A DNA stretch of 47,146 nt from Bacteroidaceae bacterium (lineage in GTDB: Bacteria; Bacteroidota; Bacteroidia; Bacteroidales; Bacteroidaceae): contig JALNVG010000001.1 in assembly GCA_023227685.1 (NCBI GenBank), positions 1-47,146 on the forward strand, given 5' to 3'. Positions 32,262 to 40,964 of this stretch are shown piece by piece. Within the stretch, counting starts at the first letter, position 1. Each line of letters starts with the position of its first letter. The notes under the pieces were generated by a model that was given only the letters and a program-made list of their open reading frames with translations, ran no database searches and had not been told where the DNA came from. The position numbers were made by a program, and so were the translations under genes.

Positions 32262-33107
32262 ATGAAAAAAAAGAAATGTTATACACATATATTAATTAAA
32301 GAAATACTATTAGTCGCTTTAGCCATCTCATATACAGCTTTCTCATATGCTTCAACTCAACTTGATTATACAACAACCGACAGCCTTTTTGCCTGCAAAA
32401 TACTCAAGAGCAACCCCGGAAATCCAGCCGACGTTGGGCGATACTTTCTCGGTCTGCCATACGTAGCCCATACACTTGAGATCAATAACTACGAGCAACT
32501 GGTCACTAATCTACATGAAATAGACTGTACAACTTTTATAGAAAACAGCCTTGCTCTTTACATCGCAAGAGGAAAAGAATTTAGCGACTTCCGTTTTACC
32601 TTACAGAATCTGCGCTACTTCAACGGTAGAATCAGAAGCTATTCCTCGCGAAAGCATTATATGACCATGTGGATATTGGATAATATTACACATAGCAACC
32701 TCATCGACGAAACACAAACCCACGGTACGGCAATTCTTTATACACGTCTAAATTACATGAGTACCCACCCTGACAATTACAAGCAACTGCGCAACAATAA
32801 ATTCGCCGTTGCCGAAATGCACCAAATCGAAGAAACCTATTCCGGAATAGAAGTCCGTTATCTTGCGAAAAAAGATTTAAAACGTGAAGGGGCACCATGG
32901 ATACATGAAGGAGATGTCATATGTTTAGTGACAAGCATACCCGGACTTGACATTTCTCATCTCGGCATAGCTACCTATAAAAATGGCATACTTCATCTTA
33001 TGCATGCTTCATCCATAGCAAAAAAAGTTATTATCGACCCACGACCGTTATCTAAACAGATCAGCAACAAATCCTATTTAGGCATTCGGGTGCTCCGGAT
33101 AAAATAA
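32262..33107 (+). CDS. DUF1460 (amidase-like, Cys/His) domain protein, secreted
   Basis: About 281 aa with a signal peptide, an EIDCTTFIENSLAL block and a later DISHLGIA block. The ATG at 32262 is preferred over the TTG at 32256. Confidence 0.6.
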   Translation: MKKKKCYTHILIKEILLVALAISYTAFSYASTQLDYTTTDSLFACKILKSNPGNPADVGRYFLGLPYVAHTLEINNYEQLVTNLHEIDCTTFIENSLALYIARGKEFSDFRFTLQNLRYFNGRIRSYSSRKHYMTMWILDNITHSNLIDETQTHGTAILYTRLNYMSTHPDNYKQLRNNKFAVAEMHQIEETYSGIEVRYLAKKDLKREGAPWIHEGDVICLVTSIPGLDISHLGIATYKNGILHLMHASSIAKKVIIDPRPLSKQISNKSYLGIRVLRIK

Positions 33108-33127
33108 GAAATCAGACTGAAACGAAC

Positions 33128-35194
33128 TTAAAAAATCTGATCTTTTAGCCCTTCAACCAACTGCGTCCTACGTTGCTGCGGGAAAATTAAGATTTTGCTA
33201 TGACGTGGAAATGTATTTTGAAACATCGAAGGAACCCGCTCCATATCTCTCGTATAAGACATGTATCCTTTATGAGCCAACGCAACGACAAGAATATCAT
33301 CACTCCTGACCAACATAGAAGTAAGAGCCGAAACATTCTCTTTTCCTGCACAATCTTTAAATTCTAAATCGGACTTTCCATCCAAAAGTCTTTGAATAGC
33401 CACATAAGTATCAGCATTACCAACAAAAGCCGATGAAAGACTCAATTCTTTTGCTATAAGACTCATTTTATTGACCCATAAACAAAAGCCTTTCTCTCTT
33501 TCAGCAAACAACGGAGCAGTTATAATCATACGGCGATAAGAAATCAAAGGCTTTTCAAAATAACAAATAAACAAATTCTTATCCAGATAAGAGATAAGTC
33601 CATTCATCTTATCTCCAAACATTTTATCAAAATAGCTAGCCTTGCCCGGCCATCCAATAATAACAATATTCGACATCGTCTCGCGAGAAGTACGCACAAT
33701 GCCACTCACCACACTACGATCGATTGTTGAGATCGTATCCACCTTTATGTCCACAGCATTGGCCTGTTTAATTAATTCTTTTAATTTCTTACGATGCAAC
33801 ATAATGTTTTTTTCCGCATCGTGGTTATTCGGCACAACACGAAGAACCACAATCGGGTTATCGGATCTTTTATTTCTCATCAGTGCAGCCAATCTCACAT
33901 GTTGACCGATATGCGAAGGGTCTGCAATGGGTACTAAAATCTTTTCCAGCTCAGCCTCATCCTCTGCCTTAATAAAGTTTTCATCATTATCCTGCTTGAG
34001 CACAATATTTTTGGCAGCATGCTGAGTATAAAAAGAAGCAACAATGCAGGTCACTAAAATAAGTATAATAGTAACATTCAATATATACTCACCAAAAATA
34101 CCGGCCTTGAAACCAACATGCACAATAGCCAAAGTAGCTGCCGCACGTGGAGTACTCAAACCAAATATCAGATTTCTTTCATCAATAGAATATTTAAATA
34201 TCTTCTGTATAAAAAAAGCTGCCAGCCATTTACTGGCAATTGCCGTTACACATAAAGCAAGCCCGATATATAAAGTCGTTATCCCGCTAAAGAGAACCCG
34301 AACATCAACCAGCATACCCACCGAAATCAAGAAAACAGGAATAAATAATGAGTTGCCAATAAACTCAATACGATTCATCAAAGCCGAGGCTTTAGGAATA
34401 AGACGATTCATGGCCAAGCCTGCTGCAAAAGCGCCGATAATTGGCTCTAGTCCTCCCAACTCGGCCAATATACTGCAAAGTAAAACGACAAAGAGAACAA
34501 AAATATAATTCAGATGCCTTTCGTTTTCTATTTTCCCAAAGAACCACTTTGCCACTCGTGGTATAAGATAAAAAACGATCAGAGTAAAAATGGCAAGGGA
34601 TATCACTAAATCCAAAATAAATTTCAAATCAAGTCCGCCGTTATGCGATTTCAACAATACAGCTAGAAGAACCAGCACAACAGAATCCGTTATAATTGTT
34701 CCACCAACAGTGACTGGTATAACTCGATTATCCGTAATACCCATTCGGCTTACCACAACATAAGTAAGCAAAGTATGCGTAGAAAGCAAACAAGCAATTA
34801 ATAAACTGGGTATCACCTGATAATGAAGTAAATAATAGCTCACGTAAAAGCCCATAGCCATTGGAATTGCTAATGTAAAAAAGCCAAAGAGGAAACTTTT
34901 ATTTTTGTTTGCTTTAAATTCTTTCATGTCCAACTCCAAACCGACAATAAACATAATATACAACAGACCTATAGTCGACAATAAATCAACAGCCGGTCCG
35001 GACGCCAATATATTAAAGCCGTAAGGACCTATAATAACACCGGCGATAATAAGACCTATAATCTCGGGAAGATTTATTCGCTTAAAAACCAGCGTGACAA
35101 ATAAAATAATAAAAAGTAACAACCCGAAAACTAATATCGGCTCAGTAAAGGGTGTTGAAAGCAAGTGAGAAAAATGCATTATAAATTCATTCAT
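33128..35194 (-). CDS. Cation:proton antiporter (CPA2/Kef-like) with a C-terminal USP-like cytoplasmic region
   Basis: 688 aa. About 12 TM helices are followed by roughly 280 aa of soluble region (ILVPIADPSH..VVLRVV..IVIIGW). Confidence 0.85.
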   Translation of the reverse strand: MNEFIMHFSHLLSTPFTEPILVFGLLLFIILFVTLVFKRINLPEIIGLIIAGVIIGPYGFNILASGPAVDLLSTIGLLYIMFIVGLELDMKEFKANKNKSFLFGFFTLAIPMAMGFYVSYYLLHYQVIPSLLIACLLSTHTLLTYVVVSRMGITDNRVIPVTVGGTIITDSVVLVLLAVLLKSHNGGLDLKFILDLVISLAIFTLIVFYLIPRVAKWFFGKIENERHLNYIFVLFVVLLCSILAELGGLEPIIGAFAAGLAMNRLIPKASALMNRIEFIGNSLFIPVFLISVGMLVDVRVLFSGITTLYIGLALCVTAIASKWLAAFFIQKIFKYSIDERNLIFGLSTPRAAATLAIVHVGFKAGIFGEYILNVTIILILVTCIVASFYTQHAAKNIVLKQDNDENFIKAEDEAELEKILVPIADPSHIGQHVRLAALMRNKRSDNPIVVLRVVPNNHDAEKNIMLHRKKLKELIKQANAVDIKVDTISTIDRSVVSGIVRTSRETMSNIVIIGWPGKASYFDKMFGDKMNGLISYLDKNLFICYFEKPLISYRRMIITAPLFAEREKGFCLWVNKMSLIAKELSLSSAFVGNADTYVAIQRLLDGKSDLEFKDCAGKENVSALTSMLVRSDDILVVALAHKGYMSYTRDMERVPSMFQNTFPRHSKILIFPQQRRTQLVEGLKDQIF

Positions 35195-35218
35195 TTCTCC
35201 TTTATTTTTTATATTCTA

Positions 35219-35226
35219 CAAAAATA
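35219..35226 (-). promoter_or_regulatory. Candidate -7 box (TATTTTTG) for the antiporter gene
   Basis: TAnnTTTG match 25 nt upstream of the ATG. Confidence 0.4.
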
Positions 35227-35374
35227 GCAAAAAAGTGAAAACACGGAAGCATATCCGCCTTTTTTAAATTATGATTTTCTATTTTTCCCTATTATATGAA
35301 TAAATGAAACTCTTTTTATCGGTAAAATATCCAGAAATAAAAGCATTATGATCTATGATTTCAATTTATATAAT

Positions 35375-35382
35375 TAACTTTG
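35375..35382 (+). promoter_or_regulatory. Candidate -7 box (TAACTTTG) for the POT transporter gene
   Basis: TAnnTTTG match 29 nt upstream of the ATG. Confidence 0.45.
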
Positions 35383-35410
35383 CGCAAAATAATCAATATT
35401 TAATATCATT

Positions 35411-36970
35411 ATGAAACATCCGAAAGGACTATATTTATTGTTTGTAACAGAAATGTGGGAACGTTTCAGCTACTATGGCATGCGTGCCCTATTCGTACTT
35501 TATTTAACACAAGCCTTATTGTTTAATAAAGATCTGTCATCTCAAATATACGGGAGTTATACCGGACTCGTTTATCTCACACCACTCATCGGCGGATACA
35601 TATCCGATCGTTATTGGGGCAACAGACGTTCTATTTTTTGTGGCGGTATCATGATGGCAATCGGCCAGTTCCTGATGTTCTTCAGTGCTGTTTATTATCA
35701 ACAGGCACAATTAGCCAGTTACCTCATGTTCTGCGGCTTAGGCATCTTAATCTTAGGAAATGGATTTTTTAAGCCTAACATTTCAACTATGGTAGGTGAC
35801 TTATATGAGCCCACTGATCATCGAAAAGATTCTGCTTTCACTATCTTTTATATGGGCATTAATGTCGGTGCCACCATCGCTCCACTCTGGTGTGGCTTTG
35901 TAGGAAACACTGGAAACCCCGCTGATTTCAAATGGGGATTTCTATCGGCAGGCATCGGAATGCTACTTGGAATAATAGTATTCCAACTACTTAAAAACAA
36001 ATACCTCTGTACACCTAATGGAAAACAAATTGGTTTGACACCAAAACAAAACACGGTACGTCTGCAAGAAAAAAAGGCTGAAGAAAAACGACAACAACAC
36101 GCCTCGCCGTTGCGCATTTATCTATCTATTATTGGTGCTATTGTATTGTTTCTGGTGTTTTCCATCAATTACTCCTCACTCAACAACAATAGTCTTTCAA
36201 TCTTTTCCGGAGCCGATTGGATAGGTTCTCTTATTTTCTCCATCAGTATCATTACACCTATTTTTCTTATCACTGATAAGGCACTTACAAAAATTGAGCG
36301 TGAGCGTATTTGGGTTATCTACATAGTCTCATTCTTCGTCATTTTCTTCTGGTCGGCATTTGAACAAGCAGGAGCATCTCTAACCTTCTTTGCTGATGAG
36401 CAAACTAACAGAACAATTTTAGGATGGCAAATGCCAGCTTCCTATTTTCAATCATTCAATGCTATTTTTGTGGTATTACTCTCACCTATATTTGCTATGC
36501 TTTGGTCTTTTTTAGGAAAAAAGAACAAAGAACCGAACTCGCCAACCAAGCAATCCATCGGACTTTTCCTCCTTTCAATAGGATATTTAATTATCGCATT
36601 CGGTGTACGTGGAGTTGCTCCCGGCACTAAAGTCAGTATGCTATGGCTCACGAGTTTGTATCTCGTTCACACCATGGGCGAGCTCTGTCTATCACCTATC
36701 GGATTATCTTTGGTAAACAAATTGTCACCGGCACATTTGGCCTCACTTTTAATGGGGGTTTGGTTTATGAGTAATGCGGCGGCCAATAAATTTGCGGGCA
36801 TATTAAGTGGATACTACCCCGAAAACGGAGTAACAAAAATCTTCATGGGATATCATATCACTACTTTATTCGATTTCTTCATGCTATTTGTCGTAATGTC
36901 CGGCATAGCAGCCATCATTTTATTCTTTCTTACAGGTAAACTGAAAAAGATGATGAATGGTGTAGATTAA
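35411..36970 (+). CDS. Proton-dependent oligopeptide transporter (POT/PTR2 family, DtpT-like)
   Basis: 519 aa with the PTR2 signature EMWERFSYYGMRALFVLYL. Confidence 0.92.
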   Translation: MKHPKGLYLLFVTEMWERFSYYGMRALFVLYLTQALLFNKDLSSQIYGSYTGLVYLTPLIGGYISDRYWGNRRSIFCGGIMMAIGQFLMFFSAVYYQQAQLASYLMFCGLGILILGNGFFKPNISTMVGDLYEPTDHRKDSAFTIFYMGINVGATIAPLWCGFVGNTGNPADFKWGFLSAGIGMLLGIIVFQLLKNKYLCTPNGKQIGLTPKQNTVRLQEKKAEEKRQQHASPLRIYLSIIGAIVLFLVFSINYSSLNNNSLSIFSGADWIGSLIFSISIITPIFLITDKALTKIERERIWVIYIVSFFVIFFWSAFEQAGASLTFFADEQTNRTILGWQMPASYFQSFNAIFVVLLSPIFAMLWSFLGKKNKEPNSPTKQSIGLFLLSIGYLIIAFGVRGVAPGTKVSMLWLTSLYLVHTMGELCLSPIGLSLVNKLSPAHLASLLMGVWFMSNAAANKFAGILSGYYPENGVTKIFMGYHITTLFDFFMLFVVMSGIAAIILFFLTGKLKKMMNGVD

Positions 36971-37062
36971 ATAAGAACAAGACTTTATATTCAAAAGACA
37001 TCTATAACATGAAATAAATAATAAAAAAAGAAAGGACTGATAGGCAATAATAAGATTCTTGC

Positions 37063-37070
37063 TAACTTTG
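37063..37070 (+). promoter_or_regulatory. Candidate -7 box (TAACTTTG) for the MFS gene
   Basis: TAnnTTTG match 91 nt upstream of the ATG. Confidence 0.3.
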
Positions 37071-37160
37071 AGAAAAAAAACAATAAATTTACCTGATAAG
37101 AATAATTATAATACATAGTGATGAATACATTACCTGTGTTATTTTAGTATTGATCTTAAA

Positions 37161-38378
37161 ATGAGAACTAATATCAAAAATAAAAAAACGCTGAAACCGG
37201 CTTTAATATTCATTTTGATTATGGGTATCGTAAGCATGCTCTCGGATATGACTCACGAAGGTGCACGAAGTATCTATGGTGCCTATTTAAGTCTTGCTGG
37301 CGCCTCAGCTGCCACCATCGGTTTCGTCACAGGTTTCGGCGAATTTATCGGTTATTCTTTTCGGATAATAACCGGACCGATAACAGATCGCACAAAGAAA
37401 TATTGGACAATGACCATTATCGGTTATTCTATCAATATGCTTGCTATCCCCGCACTGGCACTAGTTTCAAAAGACGGATGGATTATCGCCTGTATTCTGA
37501 TCGTTGCCGAACGAATAGGAAAAGCAATACGACAACCAGCCAAAAATACACTTGTTTCTTTTGCCGCCTCGCAAATTGGAGAAGGAAAATCTTTTGCCAT
37601 AGTAGAATTTCTTGATCAAATAGGAGCCTTTCTGGGACCGGTTTTCTTATTTATCACCTTACTTTTCAAACAAGGGAGTAACCAATTTTCGGCCTATTCG
37701 CTCTGTTTCGCAATATTAGGAATACCGGCATTGCTCACATTAACTGCCCTATTTCTGGCCAAGCATAAATATCCTCATCCCGAAAATTTTGAAGCACCTC
37801 AAAAAGAAGACAAGACTTTCAAAATAAAAAAATCCTTCATCTTTTATGTGATAGGAACAAGTTTGTTTGCATTAGGTTTTCTCGATTTTCCTTTAATCAC
37901 AATGCATGTCTCGAGATCGGGACTTATTCCACAAGACACACTACCTCTCTTATATGCAGGCGCCATGCTCATTGATGCATTTGCAGCACTCTTTTTCGGA
38001 TGGCTTTATGACAAATACAGCATTCGAGTACTAATGCTATCCACAGCCATTTCCACTCCTTTCGCCCTATTTATTTTCGGATTTCATTCATTGACCGGTA
38101 TCATCATCGGAGTTGCTATCTGGGGCGTGGGTATGGGAGCACAAGAATCTATCTTAAAATCCGCCGTCACCACCATTATGCCCAAAGAAAATCGCTCAAC
38201 CGGTTTCGGTATCTTCGAAACCTCCTTCGGGATATGCTGGTTCTTGGGCAGTTGGCTAATGGGAATATTATACGATATTTCCATTTCTTGGATGATTTCC
38301 TTTTCCATGGGCACACAACTCATTGCAGTTCTCCTGTTTTACTTCACAGCAAATCTTAAAAAAGGTACAAAAGATTAA
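37161..38378 (+). CDS. MFS transporter, substrate unknown
   Basis: 405 aa with about 12 predicted TM helices and an MFS-like loop motif. Confidence 0.8.
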   Translation: MRTNIKNKKTLKPALIFILIMGIVSMLSDMTHEGARSIYGAYLSLAGASAATIGFVTGFGEFIGYSFRIITGPITDRTKKYWTMTIIGYSINMLAIPALALVSKDGWIIACILIVAERIGKAIRQPAKNTLVSFAASQIGEGKSFAIVEFLDQIGAFLGPVFLFITLLFKQGSNQFSAYSLCFAILGIPALLTLTALFLAKHKYPHPENFEAPQKEDKTFKIKKSFIFYVIGTSLFALGFLDFPLITMHVSRSGLIPQDTLPLLYAGAMLIDAFAALFFGWLYDKYSIRVLMLSTAISTPFALFIFGFHSLTGIIIGVAIWGVGMGAQESILKSAVTTIMPKENRSTGFGIFETSFGICWFLGSWLMGILYDISISWMISFSMGTQLIAVLLFYFTANLKKGTKD

Positions 38379-38439
38379 TCACTAATGCTTTTTTTGAAAA
38401 AAAGGCTCATTTTTTAAAGATCTACTTATTATTTCATTC

Positions 38440-38487
38440 AAAAAGGAAGAGACACAAGCTGTAATATATAACAGTTTGTGTCTCTTC
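38440..38487 (-). terminator. Intrinsic terminator after tRNA-Leu
   Basis: 17-bp stem (38446..38462 / 38471..38487, one G-U pair). On the minus strand it is followed by CTTTTTGAATG. Confidence 0.7.
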
Positions 38488-38492
38488 TGCAG

Positions 38493-38576
38493 TACTCAGA
38501 CCCGGGGTCGAACCGGGATGGAAATGAATCCACTGGTGTTTGAGACCAGCGCGTCTACCGATTCCGCCATCTGAGC
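38493..38576 (-). tRNA. tRNA-Leu (anticodon CAA), long variable arm
   Basis: 84 nt: D-arm GCGGAATCGGTAGACGC, anticodon loop CTCAAAC, T-arm CCCGG-TTCGACC-CCGGG. Confidence 0.88.
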
Positions 38577-38602
38577 ATTTCTTAATTTTTCCAAATGCGA
38601 TG

Positions 38603-38610
38603 CAAATATA
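38603..38610 (-). promoter_or_regulatory. Candidate -7 box (TATATTTG) for tRNA-Leu
   Basis: TAnnTTTG match 27 nt upstream of the tRNA 5' end. Confidence 0.4.
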
Positions 38611-38740
38611 TAGCTTTTTTTTAAAACAACAAGAATAATAGAGAGAAAATCTTAAATAAAACAATAAAACGTCGTTGATATACTTTTTATCTGAATAAAA
38701 ATTGTACTTTAGCATTGTATTAAATAATAGATTAATTACC

Positions 38741-39823
38741 ATGGCAAATAAAAACAACTATTGCGTTATCATGGCTGGTGGTATTGGTAGTAGGTTCTGG
38801 CCTGTCAGCTGCAAATCTTACCCCAAACAATTTTTGGATTTCTTCGGAATCGGGCGCTCACTGTTTCAACAAACCTTTGACCGTTTTGTAAATAAAATTA
38901 ATTTAGAGAATATCTTTGTCATTACGAATGAGTTATATAAAGACATCGTAACTCAACAACTGCCCGAATTAAAACCGGAACAGATACTCTTAGAACCGGC
39001 AAGAAGAAATACTGCCCCATGCATCGCTTGGGCCTCCTATCATATTCGTGCAATCAATCCTAATGCATCAATTGTTGTAACCCCATGCGATCACTTGATT
39101 CTAAAAGAAAAAGAATTTCTCGAATCCATAGAAAGAGGGCTCGAATATGTTGCCGAATCTGATTGTCTATTGACATTAGGACTCAAGCCCAACAGTCCAG
39201 AAACCGGCTACGGATATATACAAATTGACGAAAAAATTTCGGATTATTTCTATAAAGTAAAGACTTTCACCGAGAAACCGGAAATAGAATTAGCGAAAGA
39301 TTTTGTTGAAAGCGGTGAATTCTACTGGAATTCAGGAATATTTATATGGAATGTCAACACGATAATACGCGCAGGAGAAAAACTGCTGCCTGAAATTTCC
39401 TCCAAATTTTCGAACTACCAAAACCTTTTCGGAACAGATCAGGAACAGAAAATTATCAACGAGATCTTCCCTACCTGTCCCAATGTATCCATTGACTACG
39501 GACTTATGGAAAAAGCTGACAATGTTTGCGTATCTATAGCAGATTTCAGTTGGGCCGATTTGGGCACATGGGTTTCTCTATACGAACTTTCGCCAAAAGA
39601 TAAACAGGGAAATGTTGCATTGAAAGGTGAAACACTAACCTATAACTGCAAAAACAACATTGTCTCTCTACCCAAGGGAAAACTTGCTGTTATTGATGGA
39701 TTAGAAGGATATCTGGTGGCTGATACGGATAAAGTATTACTAATCTGCAAGAAAGATGAAGAACACTCTGTACGAAAATATGTAAATGACATTCAAATGA
39801 AAACCGGAGATGAATTTATATAA
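38741..39823 (+). CDS. manC: Mannose-1-phosphate guanylyltransferase (nucleotidyltransferase domain only)
   Basis: 360 aa from the ATG at 38741, with the motif MAGGIGSRFWPVS. The TTG-initiated upstream extension is discarded. Confidence 0.88.
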   Translation: MANKNNYCVIMAGGIGSRFWPVSCKSYPKQFLDFFGIGRSLFQQTFDRFVNKINLENIFVITNELYKDIVTQQLPELKPEQILLEPARRNTAPCIAWASYHIRAINPNASIVVTPCDHLILKEKEFLESIERGLEYVAESDCLLTLGLKPNSPETGYGYIQIDEKISDYFYKVKTFTEKPEIELAKDFVESGEFYWNSGIFIWNVNTIIRAGEKLLPEISSKFSNYQNLFGTDQEQKIINEIFPTCPNVSIDYGLMEKADNVCVSIADFSWADLGTWVSLYELSPKDKQGNVALKGETLTYNCKNNIVSLPKGKLAVIDGLEGYLVADTDKVLLICKKDEEHSVRKYVNDIQMKTGDEFI

Positions 39824-39826
39824 TTT

Positions 39827-39863
39827 AAAAAGGGCATCGTCCATAATGAATGATGCCTTTTTT
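39827..39863. terminator. Bidirectional terminator between manC (+) and the HIT gene (-)
   Basis: AAAAAGGGCATC / GATGCCTTTTTT stem flanked by an A-run and a T-run, between convergent stop codons. Confidence 0.65.
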
Positions 39864-39879
39864 AATAAAATATTATATC

Positions 39880-40275
39880 TTATTTAAAGACGGAACTTAT
39901 TTCTTTAGCAATTTCACAAAACTCAGCATCGGTTAATTTAAGCTTGGGATTAGAAAATATCATATCCGATTCTTTTTTAATCGGAATCAAATGAATATGG
40001 GCATGAGGAACTTGTAATCCGAGAACAGCCTGCCCGACTTTCTTACAAGGTATTGCACCTTTTACAGCTGTCGCCACCCTCTTTGCAAAGATTTGCATAG
40101 CTGCCAAATCTTCGTTGCTCAAATCAAAAAAATAATCAATTTCCTGTTTTGGAACAACCAACGTATGTCCCTTAGCTAAAGGATTGATATCAAGAAAAGC
40201 AAAGAACTTATCGTTTTCTGCTATCTTATAGCAAGGTATATCACCTGCTATAATTTTACTAAATATTGTTGCCAT
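39880..40275 (-). CDS. HIT-family nucleotide hydrolase/transferase
   Basis: 131 aa with the histidine triad HAHIHLIP. Confidence 0.92.
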   Translation of the reverse strand: MATIFSKIIAGDIPCYKIAENDKFFAFLDINPLAKGHTLVVPKQEIDYFFDLSNEDLAAMQIFAKRVATAVKGAIPCKKVGQAVLGLQVPHAHIHLIPIKKESDMIFSNPKLKLTDAEFCEIAKEISSVFK

Positions 40276-40331
40276 ATACTTAATCTATTATATAAAAAAG
40301 ACAAGTCTAATACAAGACCTGCCCTACCCAA

Positions 40332-40796
40332 TTAAATAGAAATCTTCAAAATTTCAAGTTGAATCTTCCCTTGTGGAACCTGAATTTCAACAATATCACT
40401 TACTTTCTTTCCAAGCAATCCCCTAGCTATAGGCGTTTTAACTGATATTTTACCTTGCCTCAAATTTGCTTCACTTTCAGAGACAATGGTATATTTCATT
40501 TCCATACCACTCTTTACATTCTTCAATTCAACAGTATTCAATATCTGTACAACCTCAGTATTAAGTTTCGATTCATCAATAATCTTCGCATTGGCAATCG
40601 TTTCTTTTAACTGATTAATCTTCATTTCGAGCATACCCTGCTCCTCACGAGCTGCATCATATTCTGCATTTTCAGATATATCTCCTTTGTCTCGTGCCTC
40701 ACCAATTGCCGCAGATATTCTTGGACGGTCAACCGTTTCCAAACGTTTCAACTCATCCGTTAATTCATTGTAGCCTTTTTGTGACATATAAGCCAT
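40332..40796 (-). CDS. greA: Transcription elongation factor GreA
   Basis: 154 aa from MAYMSQKGYNELTDELKRLE, with a coiled-coil N-domain and a C-terminal Gre domain. GGAGG lies 7 nt upstream of this ATG. Confidence 0.93.
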   Translation of the reverse strand: MAYMSQKGYNELTDELKRLETVDRPRISAAIGEARDKGDISENAEYDAAREEQGMLEMKINQLKETIANAKIIDESKLNTEVVQILNTVELKNVKSGMEMKYTIVSESEANLRQGKISVKTPIARGLLGKKVSDIVEIQVPQGKIQLEILKISI

Positions 40797-40826
40797 AATA
40801 TAACCTCCTATTTTTTCTTTATTATA

Positions 40827-40861
40827 AAATAAAAAAGAATTCCAACATGAGTATGTTGGAA
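40827..40861 (-). terminator. Intrinsic-terminator-like hairpin in the greA leader (or terminator of the upstream TlpA-like gene)
   Basis: On the minus strand: UUCCAACAU-ACUC-AUGUUGGAA (9 bp), followed by UUCUUUUUUAUUU. Confidence 0.55.
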
Positions 40862-40881
40862 CCCTCTCCTTAAATGTATTG

Positions 40882-40889
40882 CAAAGATA
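40882..40889 (-). promoter_or_regulatory. Candidate -7 box (TATCTTTG) upstream of the greA leader hairpin
   Basis: TAnnTTTG match 86 nt upstream of the greA ATG and 21 nt upstream of the hairpin. Confidence 0.4.
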
Positions 40890-40964
40890 ATAATATTTTT
40901 CTAATTTATCAAAGAAAAACGAATGCTTTAAAACACATCCGCCCATAATATTTACAAAAGGCGA

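Noticed and set aside
38493-38576. A G1-U72 wobble at the top of the tRNA-Leu(CAA) acceptor stem.
   Set aside because: It is a single wobble pair in an otherwise canonical cloverleaf. It is not evidence of a pseudogene, and it may reflect my end assignment being off by 1 nt.
38434-38757. A 107-aa ORF on the minus strand.
   Set aside because: It overlaps tRNA-Leu(CAA) together with its terminator and promoter region, so it is spurious.
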